DNA of 64,000 nt from Octopus vulgaris. Its lineage: Eukaryota. Under the pieces are notes generated by a model, which saw only the letters and a program-made list of their open reading frames with translations, had not been told where the DNA came from and ran no database searches. Both the position numbers and the translations under genes were made by a program. The DNA is taken from NCBI GenBank assembly GCA_951406725.2, contig OX597824.1, forward strand, positions 92,070,001 to 92,134,000, given 5' to 3'. Of the stretch, positions 1-11,727 are shown piece by piece. Within the stretch, counting starts at the first letter, position 1. Each line of letters opens with the position of its first letter.

Positions 1-916
1 TTAATAGAGCGATTGTGCAATTTATCAGAGAGGGGGAGGGGTCCGCATCACTTCACCCAAATCAACTAGGGCCCTCTGACAAGAACCTTCTCTTTGCTGA
101 GAGAAGTGTAGAGAATTATCCTCGTTGCAAGCCTTCTGACATAGCAGAAGAATTTGATATCAGTCTCAAAATAGCCGTCAGGTATGTCCACACACTTGCT
201 TACTATGTCAGAGCAGCAAGGAGGAAGCCACGTCTTTGACCAGCCAATATCAAGTGGAGAAAATATTGGGCCAATGAGATGGTGGAGAGACCACTAGCAT
301 TTTGGACACAGTCATGTTCCAACCAAGAATTTGTTGTGAAAAGATTGCAATCAACAATGAAATCCGACAGCTATTCTGTGATGGTCTGGGGAGCAATTTG
401 GAGCAATGGCTGAACAGAGCTGGTGCAGTTTTAAGGAAACAAACATCTGATAGATATGTGTCCATATTGCAGAAAGGACTCTTTCCAATCTTCCCCACTC
501 GTGAAATGATTAGAGAAGTGTCTTTATTTATGGAAGACGGGGCTCTTTGTCACACGGCCAAAACGACACAAGATTTGTTGGATGAGAATGGCATTAAAAG
601 ATTCTAGGGTTAATCCGGTCACTAGATATGAAATCTTTTGTACACTTCTGGGATATAATTGTCAGGACACTTCATAATAAGAAAAAGAATGCATCTTCAA
701 AACCAGAACTTTTGAGAGTACTGAATGAAACTTGGCAAGAAATTCCGCAAGAGAATATTCGTCATCAGATCAATAACATACCCTAAAAGGGCATGCCTAC
801 TAAATATTAAATATTCACATCATAGCAATTAATAAATAATTTGAATGTATAATTTCAGATTAAAATAAATTTTAATGAATATATGGGCGTCTATTTATTT
901 CAGTCATTTTCCTGTA
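1..916 (+). mobile_element. Decayed Tc1-family transposon, 5' part outside the window
   Basis: ORF 15-239 ends HTLAYYVRAARRKPRL (Tc3/Tc1 HTH2-like). ORF 302-607 has LFMEDGALCHTAKTT (second D of DDE). Downstream reads WDII...SSKPELLRVLNETWQEIPQENI. There are stops and frameshifts. A putative right TIR near 885-916 resembles the left end of the copy at 49.2 kb. Confidence 0.85.
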
Positions 917-1088
917 TATTGTCTTACTACGATTATGCTGAAAGAACAAAGCCTTATTTTGTACAAAATTGTATAATATCTTTAATTATCATGTCTCTAA
1001 TAATCCTGTAAAATAAATCTTGTTTTTCATCTTATCTCTTTCTCTATTCACATCCACCACGTGTGTTTCCCCACTAAAATATATTCTA

Positions 1089-1145
<57 letters not shown>

Positions 1146-1199
1146 CACAATCATTTATTGAAGATGAATGAAGGTGAAGTTCGCGAATTACTTCTCAGA

Positions 1200-1960
1200 G
1201 TTACATGTACTCGAGCATCGGACAATAATGAATACCAAAAAAACAGTGGGTTTTGAAAAGTGTAGAAATCGTGTCTTTTAATTGCAATCCTTTTCTTGAT
1301 TATTCTGGTATCGATCAGGTTGTAAACATGTTGATGACCTTTTTCCCAGAATTCACTAATGTGTGTGTAGATAAAGACAGTCTTTGAAGTTGTCATTTGT
1401 AGCTCCAGTCTAAATTTTATATGTAGCGCTACGATCGATCTGGATCTGAGCATTGTAAACAGCGCCTTTGAACAGGCAATTACCGTTAAGATAGCTGCTG
1501 CTAAGGTGATTGATTATGTACTTAAAACCGTCATTTTATCCACTGGATGTGTCAACTCCATTTTCGTTGTTCTAGTTAACAAACAATTCAGAGATTTTCA
1601 AACAGGTAACGCTAAACATCAGTGTTCTTGCGTTAAACATTTTACAATACCTATGTTCAATGGGAAAATGCCTAAACATCTCATTTAAAGAGTTTGTTGC
1701 CACATTAGTCCTAACTAAATGTAGAGCTGAACCACAAAATGATTTAAGTTCAGCTGTTGTGTGACCTCCTGTTACTTCAATTCAAACATACCATGTATTT
1801 CAAACTATTCTACTAGCCTGTATAAGTTTTGAGCAATGTCTCAAATAGCTTTCACATGATATACTTTTACGTAAAATTAAAGGGTGATAAAATAGTGATA
1901 TAAACATCAACAGTTTTCTCAGAAAACGGGCACAAGTTTTTTCTGGCAAGCATGTATAAG
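1200..1960 (-). mobile_element. Possible highly decayed hAT (Buster/Charlie-like) transposase remnant
   Basis: Minus-strand fragments (CLAL...LN...VDKMTVL; LELQMTTSKTVFIYTHISEFWEK...YNL...AIK) are collinear with the Buster-type C-terminal region. By-eye similarity only. Confidence 0.35.
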
Positions 1961-2337
1961 TCACTGAACTTCTCTCCCTTTTTCTCTGTCTCTCTTTCAA
2001 TCTCTCTCTCTCTTTCTCTCTCCCTGTCTCACACGCAAGCACACACACAAAGATAAACATAGAATATGATGTATATATATCTATATGTAATGGCGTAAGA
2101 CTACGTATGCAGTTAGGACTATATATATATATATACATACATGTGTATGTGTGTAGGCATGTATATGTATATAATATATATTATTTATTAATAGTAATTG
2201 TATGACTAAAGAAGAATGAATGAGGCCTCGATGTTATGTAAATAAAGGAACTTAACTAATATAATATGACACAATTATTCGGGTGCCTTAATAAAACTCC
2301 GAGTTCCGGATATCGGGATGGAAATCTGCTCCGGCAT

Positions 2338-2340
2338 CTG

Positions 2341-2437
<97 letters not shown>

Positions 2438-2490
2438 ATATCTATCTATCTATATATATATATATATATATCCATCTATCTATCGATCTA
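2338..2490. repeat. (TCTA)n/(TA)n microsatellite
   Basis: Directly visible. Confidence 0.95.
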
Positions 2491-2571
2491 TCAGTCTGTC
2501 TGTGTGTCTATCCAGCTTTCTTGTTAGTTATCTATCAATCTACTTCTGTCTCTCACTTTTTCATATACATA

Positions 2572-2660
2572 CAGTCTTGGGGTCGATTTCTATGACTAAA
2601 AAGCATTGCTCCAGCATGGCGCCAGTCAAATGACTGAAACAAGTAAAAGGATAAAAGAAA
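2572..2660 (+). mobile_element. SINE family A, 3' end fragment
   Basis: Matches the 3' end of 63361-63770 (ggggtcgattt...ctccagcatggc...gtcaaatgactgaaacaagtaaaag). Confidence 0.8.
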
Positions 2661-3911
2661 CAAAAATATATGCAAACACACGTATATGCACGAGGAATAA
2701 GTCATTTGTATGTATTGAATATATGATTTTACTTTAATTTTGTCATTATAATCAAGATTTCTGATGAATATTGAAGTCCCCAATTATATCATCATCGTTT
2801 CTAGAATATTATAACCACAAATTCTGGACGAAGTGATGTTTGCTGGTGAGATTGTGTTATTATAGCTGTAAGGTCTAATATAAATTATGTCGAAACTTAT
2901 AAAGCTGTGACATGAAGATTAATTCGTTATCATAATAAGATGTTTATTTTTGTCACTATTTATGACTACGTTCGTATACGTGTTTATTATAGCATTGAGC
3001 ATTGCCAGGGGTATTGCTCCTGTTATTTGTCGAAAATTCTCTAGGTTATAAATGTGTTTTCCTACCATGTATTTCTACTTTGTTTGATTTTGTGAGTTTA
3101 GAGCATTGCAAATACTCTTCAGGTGCGTGGGGTTGGGCGAAATAGTATCGTTTATATACGAGCAATGTATTCATTTGAATACTGACGTTTACTTTCGCAA
3201 CTAAATTTATAAAGCCGCACTGGTCATTAGCAACATAGTCATTAGTAGTTTTTTTATTTTGTATCGTATTGTCATTATAGTTTATTTTAGCGTTAATTTA
3301 TGGCATGGTGTATTGGATATTGCCCTCTGTGTCCCGAGATATTTCTTGTGCACACATATCTTTAGCATATATTCATTTCTTATTTTGAACCTTTGTGTGA
3401 AATATTTGTCTTTATTAATTTCACTTCTGATGTATTTGTTATGCTGTCTATAGCTTGCTTTATTACTCAGAATAAGTTCTTTGTGCTTGTTGAATTTCTG
3501 AATATCTCTATTAAGTATTTCTTTCAAAGTGGCCAAACGAAAACCTCTTCTACATCATGTTTTCCCGATGGACACTTTGTATCTATGTAGGCATACACTG
3601 TGTTCATCCAGGTGTGTGCATTTATTTCATCTTGTAGGTGAGGTCAAGATGATCTAGAAGAGTTCATATTCGATTTACAATATCTATCGCTGTAAAAGAC
3701 GGCCAGCAGATCTTAAGAAAATATGAAAGGAACTTGACTAAAAAACAATCTACGCTACAATCCTGTGAAGTAAACACACGCACATATACAGATAGAGTAA
3801 TCACACACACACGCGGTTGTGTCGTATGTCTATATTGGGGGAGGCGTTCAGATGTTTAGAAAATCTTTGAAGGGACATATAAGTACGATTGCATGCATAG
3901 TTCTAACTTGA

Positions 3912-4077
3912 AACCTGTTTGGAGAGTACATAATTTCAGTCAGAGTAAATGGGAACCATTTGCTGATGAACATCTCAGTTATTTATGTCTATAGAGTATA
4001 CATACACAAATGAGACCTTGATCAGCAAATGGCTCCCTTTTTACCTTAACTGAAATTATCTAATCTTCAAACAGGTT
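3912..4077. repeat. Old imperfect inverted repeat (arms about 65 bp, spacer about 33 bp), MITE-like or fold-back remnant
   Basis: aacctgtttggagagtacataatttcagtc...ccatttgctgatgaacatctca matches the reverse complement of tgagaccttgatcagcaaatgg...actgaaattatctaatcttcaaacaggtt. Confidence 0.75.
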
Positions 4078-4499
4078 GCAAATCATAACAGTCATACTCT
4101 ATAATATAGTGTGACTGTTTTTGAGGTTTACTTGTGTTGTTATTTCGATGTCAGGGCTTTACTAAATTGATACTTCTCCATATGAATGTGGCCGACGTGT
4201 ATAACTAAGCTGTAACCATTTAATACCAAGTGGTCTATAAGGAAATATTTTAGGGGTTCTTAAAATGACTAAAAAACTCAGAAGCTACAGTATTTTTAAT
4301 ACTTTGATGCTAGCAACGATATTCTCTTTATGCAATATCTTCATTCTTACCTTCGTACTTCCATGTTTTCATTAATGTTTAACTTCTCTCTCCCTTCTCC
4401 CTCTCTCTATTTCTTGCCCTCTCTCTTTCGGTCTCTCTTTCGGTCTCTCTCTCTCTGTCTGTCTCTTTCAGTATATCTATATATGTATGTGTGCATGTA

Positions 4500-4527
<28 letters not shown>

Positions 4528-4530
<3 letters not shown>

Positions 4531-4758
4531 TTCTTTACTACCCACAAGGGGCTAAACACAGAGAGGACAAACATGGGCAGACAAACGGATTAAGTCGATT
4601 ATATTGACCCCAGTGCGTAACTGGTACTTAATTTATCGACCCCGAAAGGATGAAAGGCAAAGTCGACCTCGGCGGAATTTGAACTCAGAACGTATCGGCA
4701 GACGAAATACCACAAAGCATTTCGCCCGGTGTGCTAACGTTTCTGCCAGCTCGCCGCC
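4528..4758 (-). mobile_element. SINE family B (core resembles the Deu/Nin SINE domain), full length
   Basis: Reverse complement of ggcggcgagctggcagaaacgttagc...gagttcaaattcc...gcctttcatcctttcggggtcgataaattaagtaccag...gtaaagaaata. More than 10 related copies occur in the window. Confidence 0.9.
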
Positions 4759-5058
4759 TTTATATATATATATATATATGCATGTATACATACACACACG
4801 CAAACACTCACACACGCTCACTCACATACACACATATATACCTACATAAGTAAATACATATATGGTCACATATACGTATATTATGTAAATATATTCCCTT
4901 CGAAATTGCTCGTAACTTAGGTTTGGACTTTTTGACTGTTCTTTCTAGTATGTTAGGCAACCTGTTAAGGCACGCCTCTTTGTGATTAAATGTACACTAT
5001 TTTTATATGTAAGTATATATATGGTCACACATACACACTTATATTGCAATTATATTCT

Positions 5059-5380
5059 AAAGACTCCGCCGGTTACGACGACGAGGGTCCCAGCTGATAC
5101 GATCAACGGAACAGCTTGCTCGTGAAATTAACGTGCAAATGGCTGAGCATTCCACAGACACGTGTACCCTTAACGTAGTTCTCGGGGATAATCAGCGTGA
5201 CACAGAGAGTGACAAGGCTGACCCTTTGAAATACAAGTACAACTCATTTTTGCCAGCTGAGTGGACTGGAGCAACGTGAAATAAAGTGTCTTGCTCAAGG
5301 ACACAACGCGTCGCCGGGAATCGAACTCACAACCTTACGATCATGAGCCGAATGCCCTAACCACTAAGCCACGCGCCCTC
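5059..5380 (-). mobile_element. tRNA-derived SINE family C
   Basis: The minus strand starts gagggcgcgtggcttagtggttagg (A box), then gagttcgattccc (B box), then the gttgtgtccttgagcaagacactt core typical of CORE/V-type SINEs. Confidence 0.85.
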
Positions 5381-5889
5381 ACTGCAATTATATACAGGCA
5401 TACGCACACACAAATATATATATATATGTGTGTTTGTGAGTATATGTGTGTATGTGTGCATGCGTGTGTGTTGCCATTACATTATATTTAAATCTGTGTC
5501 CGCATCTAAATTTCCTTCCACTATCTTGGCACTGCACAACTGTTGTTCGCCGTTGACCAAATAATTTCTTGCAGTTATACGCAGGCCTTCGTCTCACCCC
5601 TCCTCCGATCTACCCCATCCACTCAGTGCAGACAACCAGACAGCCGCAGGTTAATACTGCAGTGACAGATCCGTGCCTTCACTTAACAATAGATTAACCA
5701 CAAACATTGCACTGTTACGCCATATTAACTCTGAACGACAAATGTGACAATAACTTCAGAATGGAAGAAACCGCTGGGGACTTCGAGCGCCAGACAAATA
5801 CTCTTTCAATGGGAATCTTTTAATGTGGCTACCAGACGTCATGGAGCAAAGATGACATCATTCTTCCACTTAGTGTTTCGGGAAGCTCG

Positions 5890-5933
5890 TTGTTGTTGTT
5901 GTTGTTGTTGTCGTCGCCATTAAAAAACAAAAT

Positions 5934-5981
<48 letters not shown>

Positions 5982-6009
5982 CGCCACCACCACCACCACC
6001 ACCACCACC

Positions 6010-6068
<59 letters not shown>

Positions 6069-6163
6069 AACTAATACTACTACTGCTACTGCTGCTGCTG
6101 CTGCTGTTGCTGCTATCACTGCTACTAATGCTACAGCTGCTGCTTTTGCTGCCGTCACCAATC

Positions 6164-6240
<77 letters not shown>

Positions 6241-7330
6241 GCTGCTGCACCTGCTACAGCTGCTGCTGTTGCCACCGTCACTAATCCTACTACTACTACC
6301 ACTACCACTACTACTACTTCTACAACTACAACAACAACAACTACTACTACTACTACTACTATTATCATCGTCCTCAACTTCATCATCATCACCGATATTA
6401 TGATCATGATCATGATCATAACCATCATCACTACCTTCATCATCATCATTATCACCACCACCACCACCACCATCGTCACCATAATTGTCATTATCATAAT
6501 CACCATCATCACCATCACCACCACTACCACCACCACCACCACCATCATAATCATCATCATCATCATCATCGTTATCATCATCATCGTCATCATCATGATC
6601 ATCGTTACCATCATCATCATCGTTATCATCATCATCATCATCATCGTTATCATCATCATCGTCATCATCATCATCATCATCATCGTTATCATCATCATCG
6701 TCATCATCATCATCGTTATCATCATCATCATCGTTATCATCATCATCGTCATCATCATCATCATCGTTATGATCATCATCATCGTTATCATCATCATCGT
6801 CATCATCATCATCGTTATCATCATCATCATCGTTATCATCATCATCATCATCATCGTTATCATCATCATCGTCATCATCATCATTATCGTTATGATCATC
6901 ATCATCGTTATCATCATCATCGTCATCATCATCATCATCGTTATGATCATCATCATCGTTATGATCATCATCATCGTTATCATCATCATCGTCATCATCA
7001 TCATCATCGTTATCATCATCATCATCGTTATCATCATCATCGTCATCATCATCATCGTTATCATCATCATCATCGTTATCATCATCATCGTCATCATCAT
7101 CATCATCGTTATGATCATCATCATCGTTATCATCATCATCGTCATCATCATCATCGTTATCATCATCATCATCGTTATCATCATCATCTTCATCATCATC
7201 ATCGTTATCATCATCATCATCATCATCTACAACGTTCTCCCCCTTCTCCTCCTCCTCCTCATCATCATCATCATCACTATCATCATCATCGCTATCATCA
7301 CCAACATCGTCCCCGTCCTCATCATCATCG

Positions 7331-7366
<36 letters not shown>

Positions 7367-7370
7367 CTTT
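5890..7370. repeat. 1.5-kb compound trinucleotide array (TTG, ACT, ACC, GCT, AAT, ATC)
   Basis: Directly visible. It produces the spurious 524-aa and 465-aa ORFs. Confidence 0.95.
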
Positions 7371-7898
7371 TATTATTCTTCTCATTATTCTTTCCTTTTG
7401 TTTCTTTGTTTCTTTTTTCGTTTCAATTGTCAAGTCCTGTCAATATATTTTATGCGGCTTTTGACTTTTCTTTTCGCTGTATTCGTTGCTTCAGTTTGTT
7501 TGTTGTTTCTTCCCATGTATTATTTTTCCTTTCTTTTTGGTGAGTACTTCACAAGGTTTTATAATATTTTTTTTTTCTTATATATCATATGACAATAGTA
7601 CTATACTTACTATTTTTTTTAGTATTTCTACCTCGTGCTTTCTCAATGTCGTGCTTTCGCAACAAAATCAAGATCCGTTGAATTTACTGTTCTTTTCGTT
7701 TCATTGTTTTGTTGCCATTATAGGAAATGTGTTTCTATATTTTGTTCTCATTTTCTGTATTTATTATATATTGACATTATACGTCCCTCATATTCAGGTT
7801 ATACGTATGACTTGTACCGTGATGAATCCGCAGAAAAAATAAATCTTCCCCACCTCTTTCTCACGCATTACTTCTTCTCGATTTTGTTTTGTCTTTGT

Positions 7899-7960
<62 letters not shown>

Positions 7961-8139
7961 CATACATATATATATATACATATATATGTATATATATACA
8001 TATACATATATGTATATATATGTATATATATATACATATATATATATGCATATACATATATATATGTATATACATATACATATCTGTATATATATGTATA
8101 TATATACATATATATATATGCATATATATATATTTATCT

Positions 8140-8192
<53 letters not shown>

Positions 8193-8398
8193 TGTGTGTG
8201 TATGATACTAGTGTATAGAGGAGGCATTGTGAGATAGAGATCAAATTATAGTAGAGAGCAAATATAATCATAGTTGGAAAGAGATGAGTGACAATTGTAG
8301 ATCTGTCTTTTATTTCAATATTTCGTGAATTCACATCATGAAGAGTGAAAAATGATATCTTAGTGGGATCTATTGCGGCAAAAATTAAGAAATATCTA

Positions 8399-8539
8399 TT
8401 TTCTTCTTCTTCTTCTTCTTCTTCTTCTTCTTCTTCTTCTTCTTCTTCTTCTTCTTCTTCTTCTTCTTCTTCTTCTTCGTCTTCTTCTTCTTCTTCTTCT
8501 TCTTCGTCTTCTTCTTCTACTTCTTCTTCCACTTCTTCC

Positions 8540-8570
<31 letters not shown>

Positions 8571-9090
8571 CTTTCTTCTTCTTCTTCTTCTTCTTCTTTT
8601 TCTTTTTCTCCTTCTCCTTCTTCTTCTTCTTCTTCTTCTTCTTCTTCTTCTTCCTTCTTCTTCTTCTTCTTCTTCTTCTTTTTCTTTTTCTCCTTCTCCT
8701 TCTTCTTCTTCTTCTTCTTCTTCTTCTTCTTCTTTTTCTTTTTCTTCTTCTTCTTCTTCTTTTTCTTTTTCTCCTTCTTCTTCTTCTTCTTCTTTTTCTC
8801 CTTCTCCTTCTTCTTCTATTTCTTCTTTTTCACCTTCTCCTTCTTCTTCTTTTTCTTCTTCTTCTTCTTCTTCTTCTTCTTCTTCTTTTTCTTCGTCTTC
8901 TTCTTCTTCTCCTTCTTCTTTTTCTTCGTCTTCTTCTTCTTCTTCTTCTTCTTCTTCTTCTTCTTCTTCTTCTTCTTTTTCTTCTTCTTCTTCTTCTTCT
9001 TCTTCTTCTTCTTCTTCTTCTTCTTCTTCTTCTTCTTCTTCTTCTTCTTCTTCTTCTTCTTCTTCTTCTTCTTCTTCTTCTTCTTCTTCT
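8399..9090. repeat. (TTC)n polypyrimidine array, about 690 bp
   Basis: Directly visible. Confidence 0.97.
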
Positions 9091-9164
9091 CTGCCAAAGA
9101 ATAATCAAGAACCACAGAGACAGACAGAAAAGAAGAAAATGCCCCTTGTATTTGAATACTAGGC

Positions 9165-9296
9165 AAATATTCTTTTAAAGTACTTTTCATTAAATCATTC
9201 CAAACTTACAGTTCAAAAAGTCTCAATGACCGGAATCGGTACTGAAATATTTTTTATAAAATTATATCAGCATTTTCTACCTTGACTTTTTCCATA
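9165..9296 (+). mobile_element. Decayed single-arm copy of the HHR element that forms the 38.6-39.1 kb palindrome
   Basis: ttacagttcaaaaagtctcaatgaccggaatcggtactgaaat...cattttctaccttgactttttccata aligns with 38969-39065 and also ends in (TA)n. Confidence 0.8.
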
Positions 9297-9377
<81 letters not shown>

Positions 9378-9382
9378 ATATA

Positions 9383-9494
<112 letters not shown>

Positions 9495-9840
9495 CATATA
9501 TATATATACACATACATATATATACATATATATATATATATATACATATATATATTGTGCGGTGACTTCTGAGGTTGGTCATGCAATAAATACCTATTGC
9601 CTGCCGAATCATCTTGAAATTATTTCTCTAAGAGAACGTAATATGGTCATCGTTTTAAGCCGCTATGCGGTGAAAGAAAAATCATGACTTATCAGGCTAC
9701 TCGACAATTTCGGGAAAATAATTGAGACTCGATTTCTGATACTTACTAAACTCCGTACATTAAGACTACGGCTCGCGTACACACACACGCGCACACTGAA
9801 CATCCATGCATGTATATAAACAAACACACACATACACACA

Positions 9841-9887
<47 letters not shown>

Positions 9888-9909
9888 GTATATATATATA
9901 TATATATAT

Positions 9910-10103
9910 GACCTCGTGAGTACCGCTGGCGATTTTTTCCTCTGTCTTCCCTTCTCTGGATCTTTCCTTCTCCTATGTTTCCGACGAAGAGCTCCGCTCG
10001 AAACGTTAAACCCTCCTTCTTCCCTTCTTTCCTGAGCCTCCAATGTTCTACGTCCTCGCGTTGTGTTTCTTTTGTTTTTTGTGTTTTCTTGTTTAGATTA
10101 ACT
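9910..10103 (+). mobile_element. Short non-coding HHR-bearing element (PLE pLTR-like) between (TA)n tracts
   Basis: Homologous to 30850-31072 and 62690-62770. T-rich tail ending gattaac followed by (TA)n. Confidence 0.8.
9977..10011 (+). ncRNA. Minimal type I hammerhead ribozyme motif (C4 variant)
   Basis: GTTT-CCGACGA-A-GAGC(TCC)GCTC-GAAA-CG-TT-AAAC. Stem I GUUU/AAAC, stem II 4 bp, palindromic stem III ACGU, predicted cleavage after 10007. Confidence 0.7.
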
Positions 10104-10626
10104 ATATATATATATATATTTATATATATACATTGGGACTTTATACTAATTCGTCATTAAATCCCCTAGCTTTAAGAACACTCTTATATAAAGGTGCAGC
10201 ACTAATATATATGTATATGTAATACAGTCTTTTCATTTTTGTTTACCTAACTCAACAGGATTTGCCCGCTTCAAGACGCCACTGAGAGTGAACATCGAAC
10301 CGTGTGGTTGGGAAGCGAACTTCATATCAAGGAAAAACTCCTGGTCACTGTACTATTGCATCCACCAGACTAAAAGATATTAATAGACGCTTGCGGTCAC
10401 AATGAAATTAGTCATTCTGTTTCAACTTCCAAATGATGGGAACACATAGATACGAACATATACACAAACATATTATATCATATCATATTACATATAAATA
10501 TTATATCATATTATATGCTACATTACAATATATGCATATAATATATTTCGTTTTCGGATTTCGCTTGCAAGATTCGTTATATGAATTCGTGTTTTGAAGC
10601 ATATTCTGTTGTCTGGGGAGAGTCAT

Positions 10627-10844
10627 TCTCTTTTAGTGCCTTATTACTTAACACACTCACCGGTAAAATTTCCACTTATTTCTTATTTTTACTTTCCTAA
10701 TATTTTTGTTGCGTCTTCCAACCTTTCTATCGTTAAGACTATTGAAAAGGTTGCAAGACGCAACGAAAATTTCAGGAAAACAAAAATAAGAAATAAGTGG
10801 AAATTTTACGGTGAGTGTGTTAAATAATAAGGCACTAAAAGAGA
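10627..10844. repeat. Fold-back palindrome (arms about 105 bp, moderately diverged) with an HHR-like motif next to its centre
   Basis: tctcttttagtgccttatt...gttgcgtcttccaacctttc mirrors gaaaaggttgcaagacgcaac...aataaggcactaaaagaga. HHR-like TTGAAAA-G-GTTGC(AAGAC)GCAAC-GAAAATTT at about 10742-10772. Confidence 0.9.
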
Positions 10845-10919
10845 CATACATTATATATTATGAATATATATATATATATATATATATACTCACAGGTTTA
10901 ATATATCTATCTATCTATG

Positions 10920-10965
<46 letters not shown>

Positions 10966-11003
10966 GATAGATAGATAGCTAGCTAGCTAGCTAGCTAGCT
11001 AGC

Positions 11004-11074
<71 letters not shown>

Positions 11075-11445
11075 TACTTCCATTTTTTCCGGTATGCAGA
11101 GTTAGATTTACGACTCAAAATCTTGCATTGATCGCCATTAATATAATGAAATAAGCGTTTCCCTCAAGAGCTGTTGTAGATCTGCATCTAATTGCATTAT
11201 GAATTCCCTCTCTTGCGGATACACAAGGATCCATTGACGAAACGTGTGTAGGGAAATATTAGAATTAAATGCCTTTTGCTTTTATAATACACACACACAG
11301 CCACACAACACACACAAACACATACACGAACGCACGCATACAAACGCAGACACACACAATTACTGCATGCATGCACGTGCGCATACACCCACCCACACAC
11401 ATACACACATATATATATGTATATACTTATGCATATATATATGTT

Positions 11446-11496
<51 letters not shown>

Positions 11497-11640
11497 GTAT
11501 ATATTATACATATATTTATGTATACAAATCTATCTCTCTATCTACATATCTATCTATCTCTTTATCTATACAAATCTATCTCTATCTTCCTATCTATCCA
11601 TCTCTCTCTCTCTCTTTCTCTCTTTATGTATATATATTGA

Positions 11641-11727
<87 letters not shown>

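Noticed and set aside
3282-3660. Minus-strand 84-aa ORF and upstream frame as a gene
   Set aside because: No recognisable domain, AT-rich and interrupted by stops. It may be a transposon relic but I cannot assign it.
5829-7464. 524-aa and 465-aa overlapping ORFs
   Set aside because: Pure trinucleotide-repeat translations (poly-T/I/M/V) that are open on both strands because those frames lack stops.
8134-9190. Poly-S/F/L/K/R/E ORFs
   Set aside because: Translations of the (TTC)n array.
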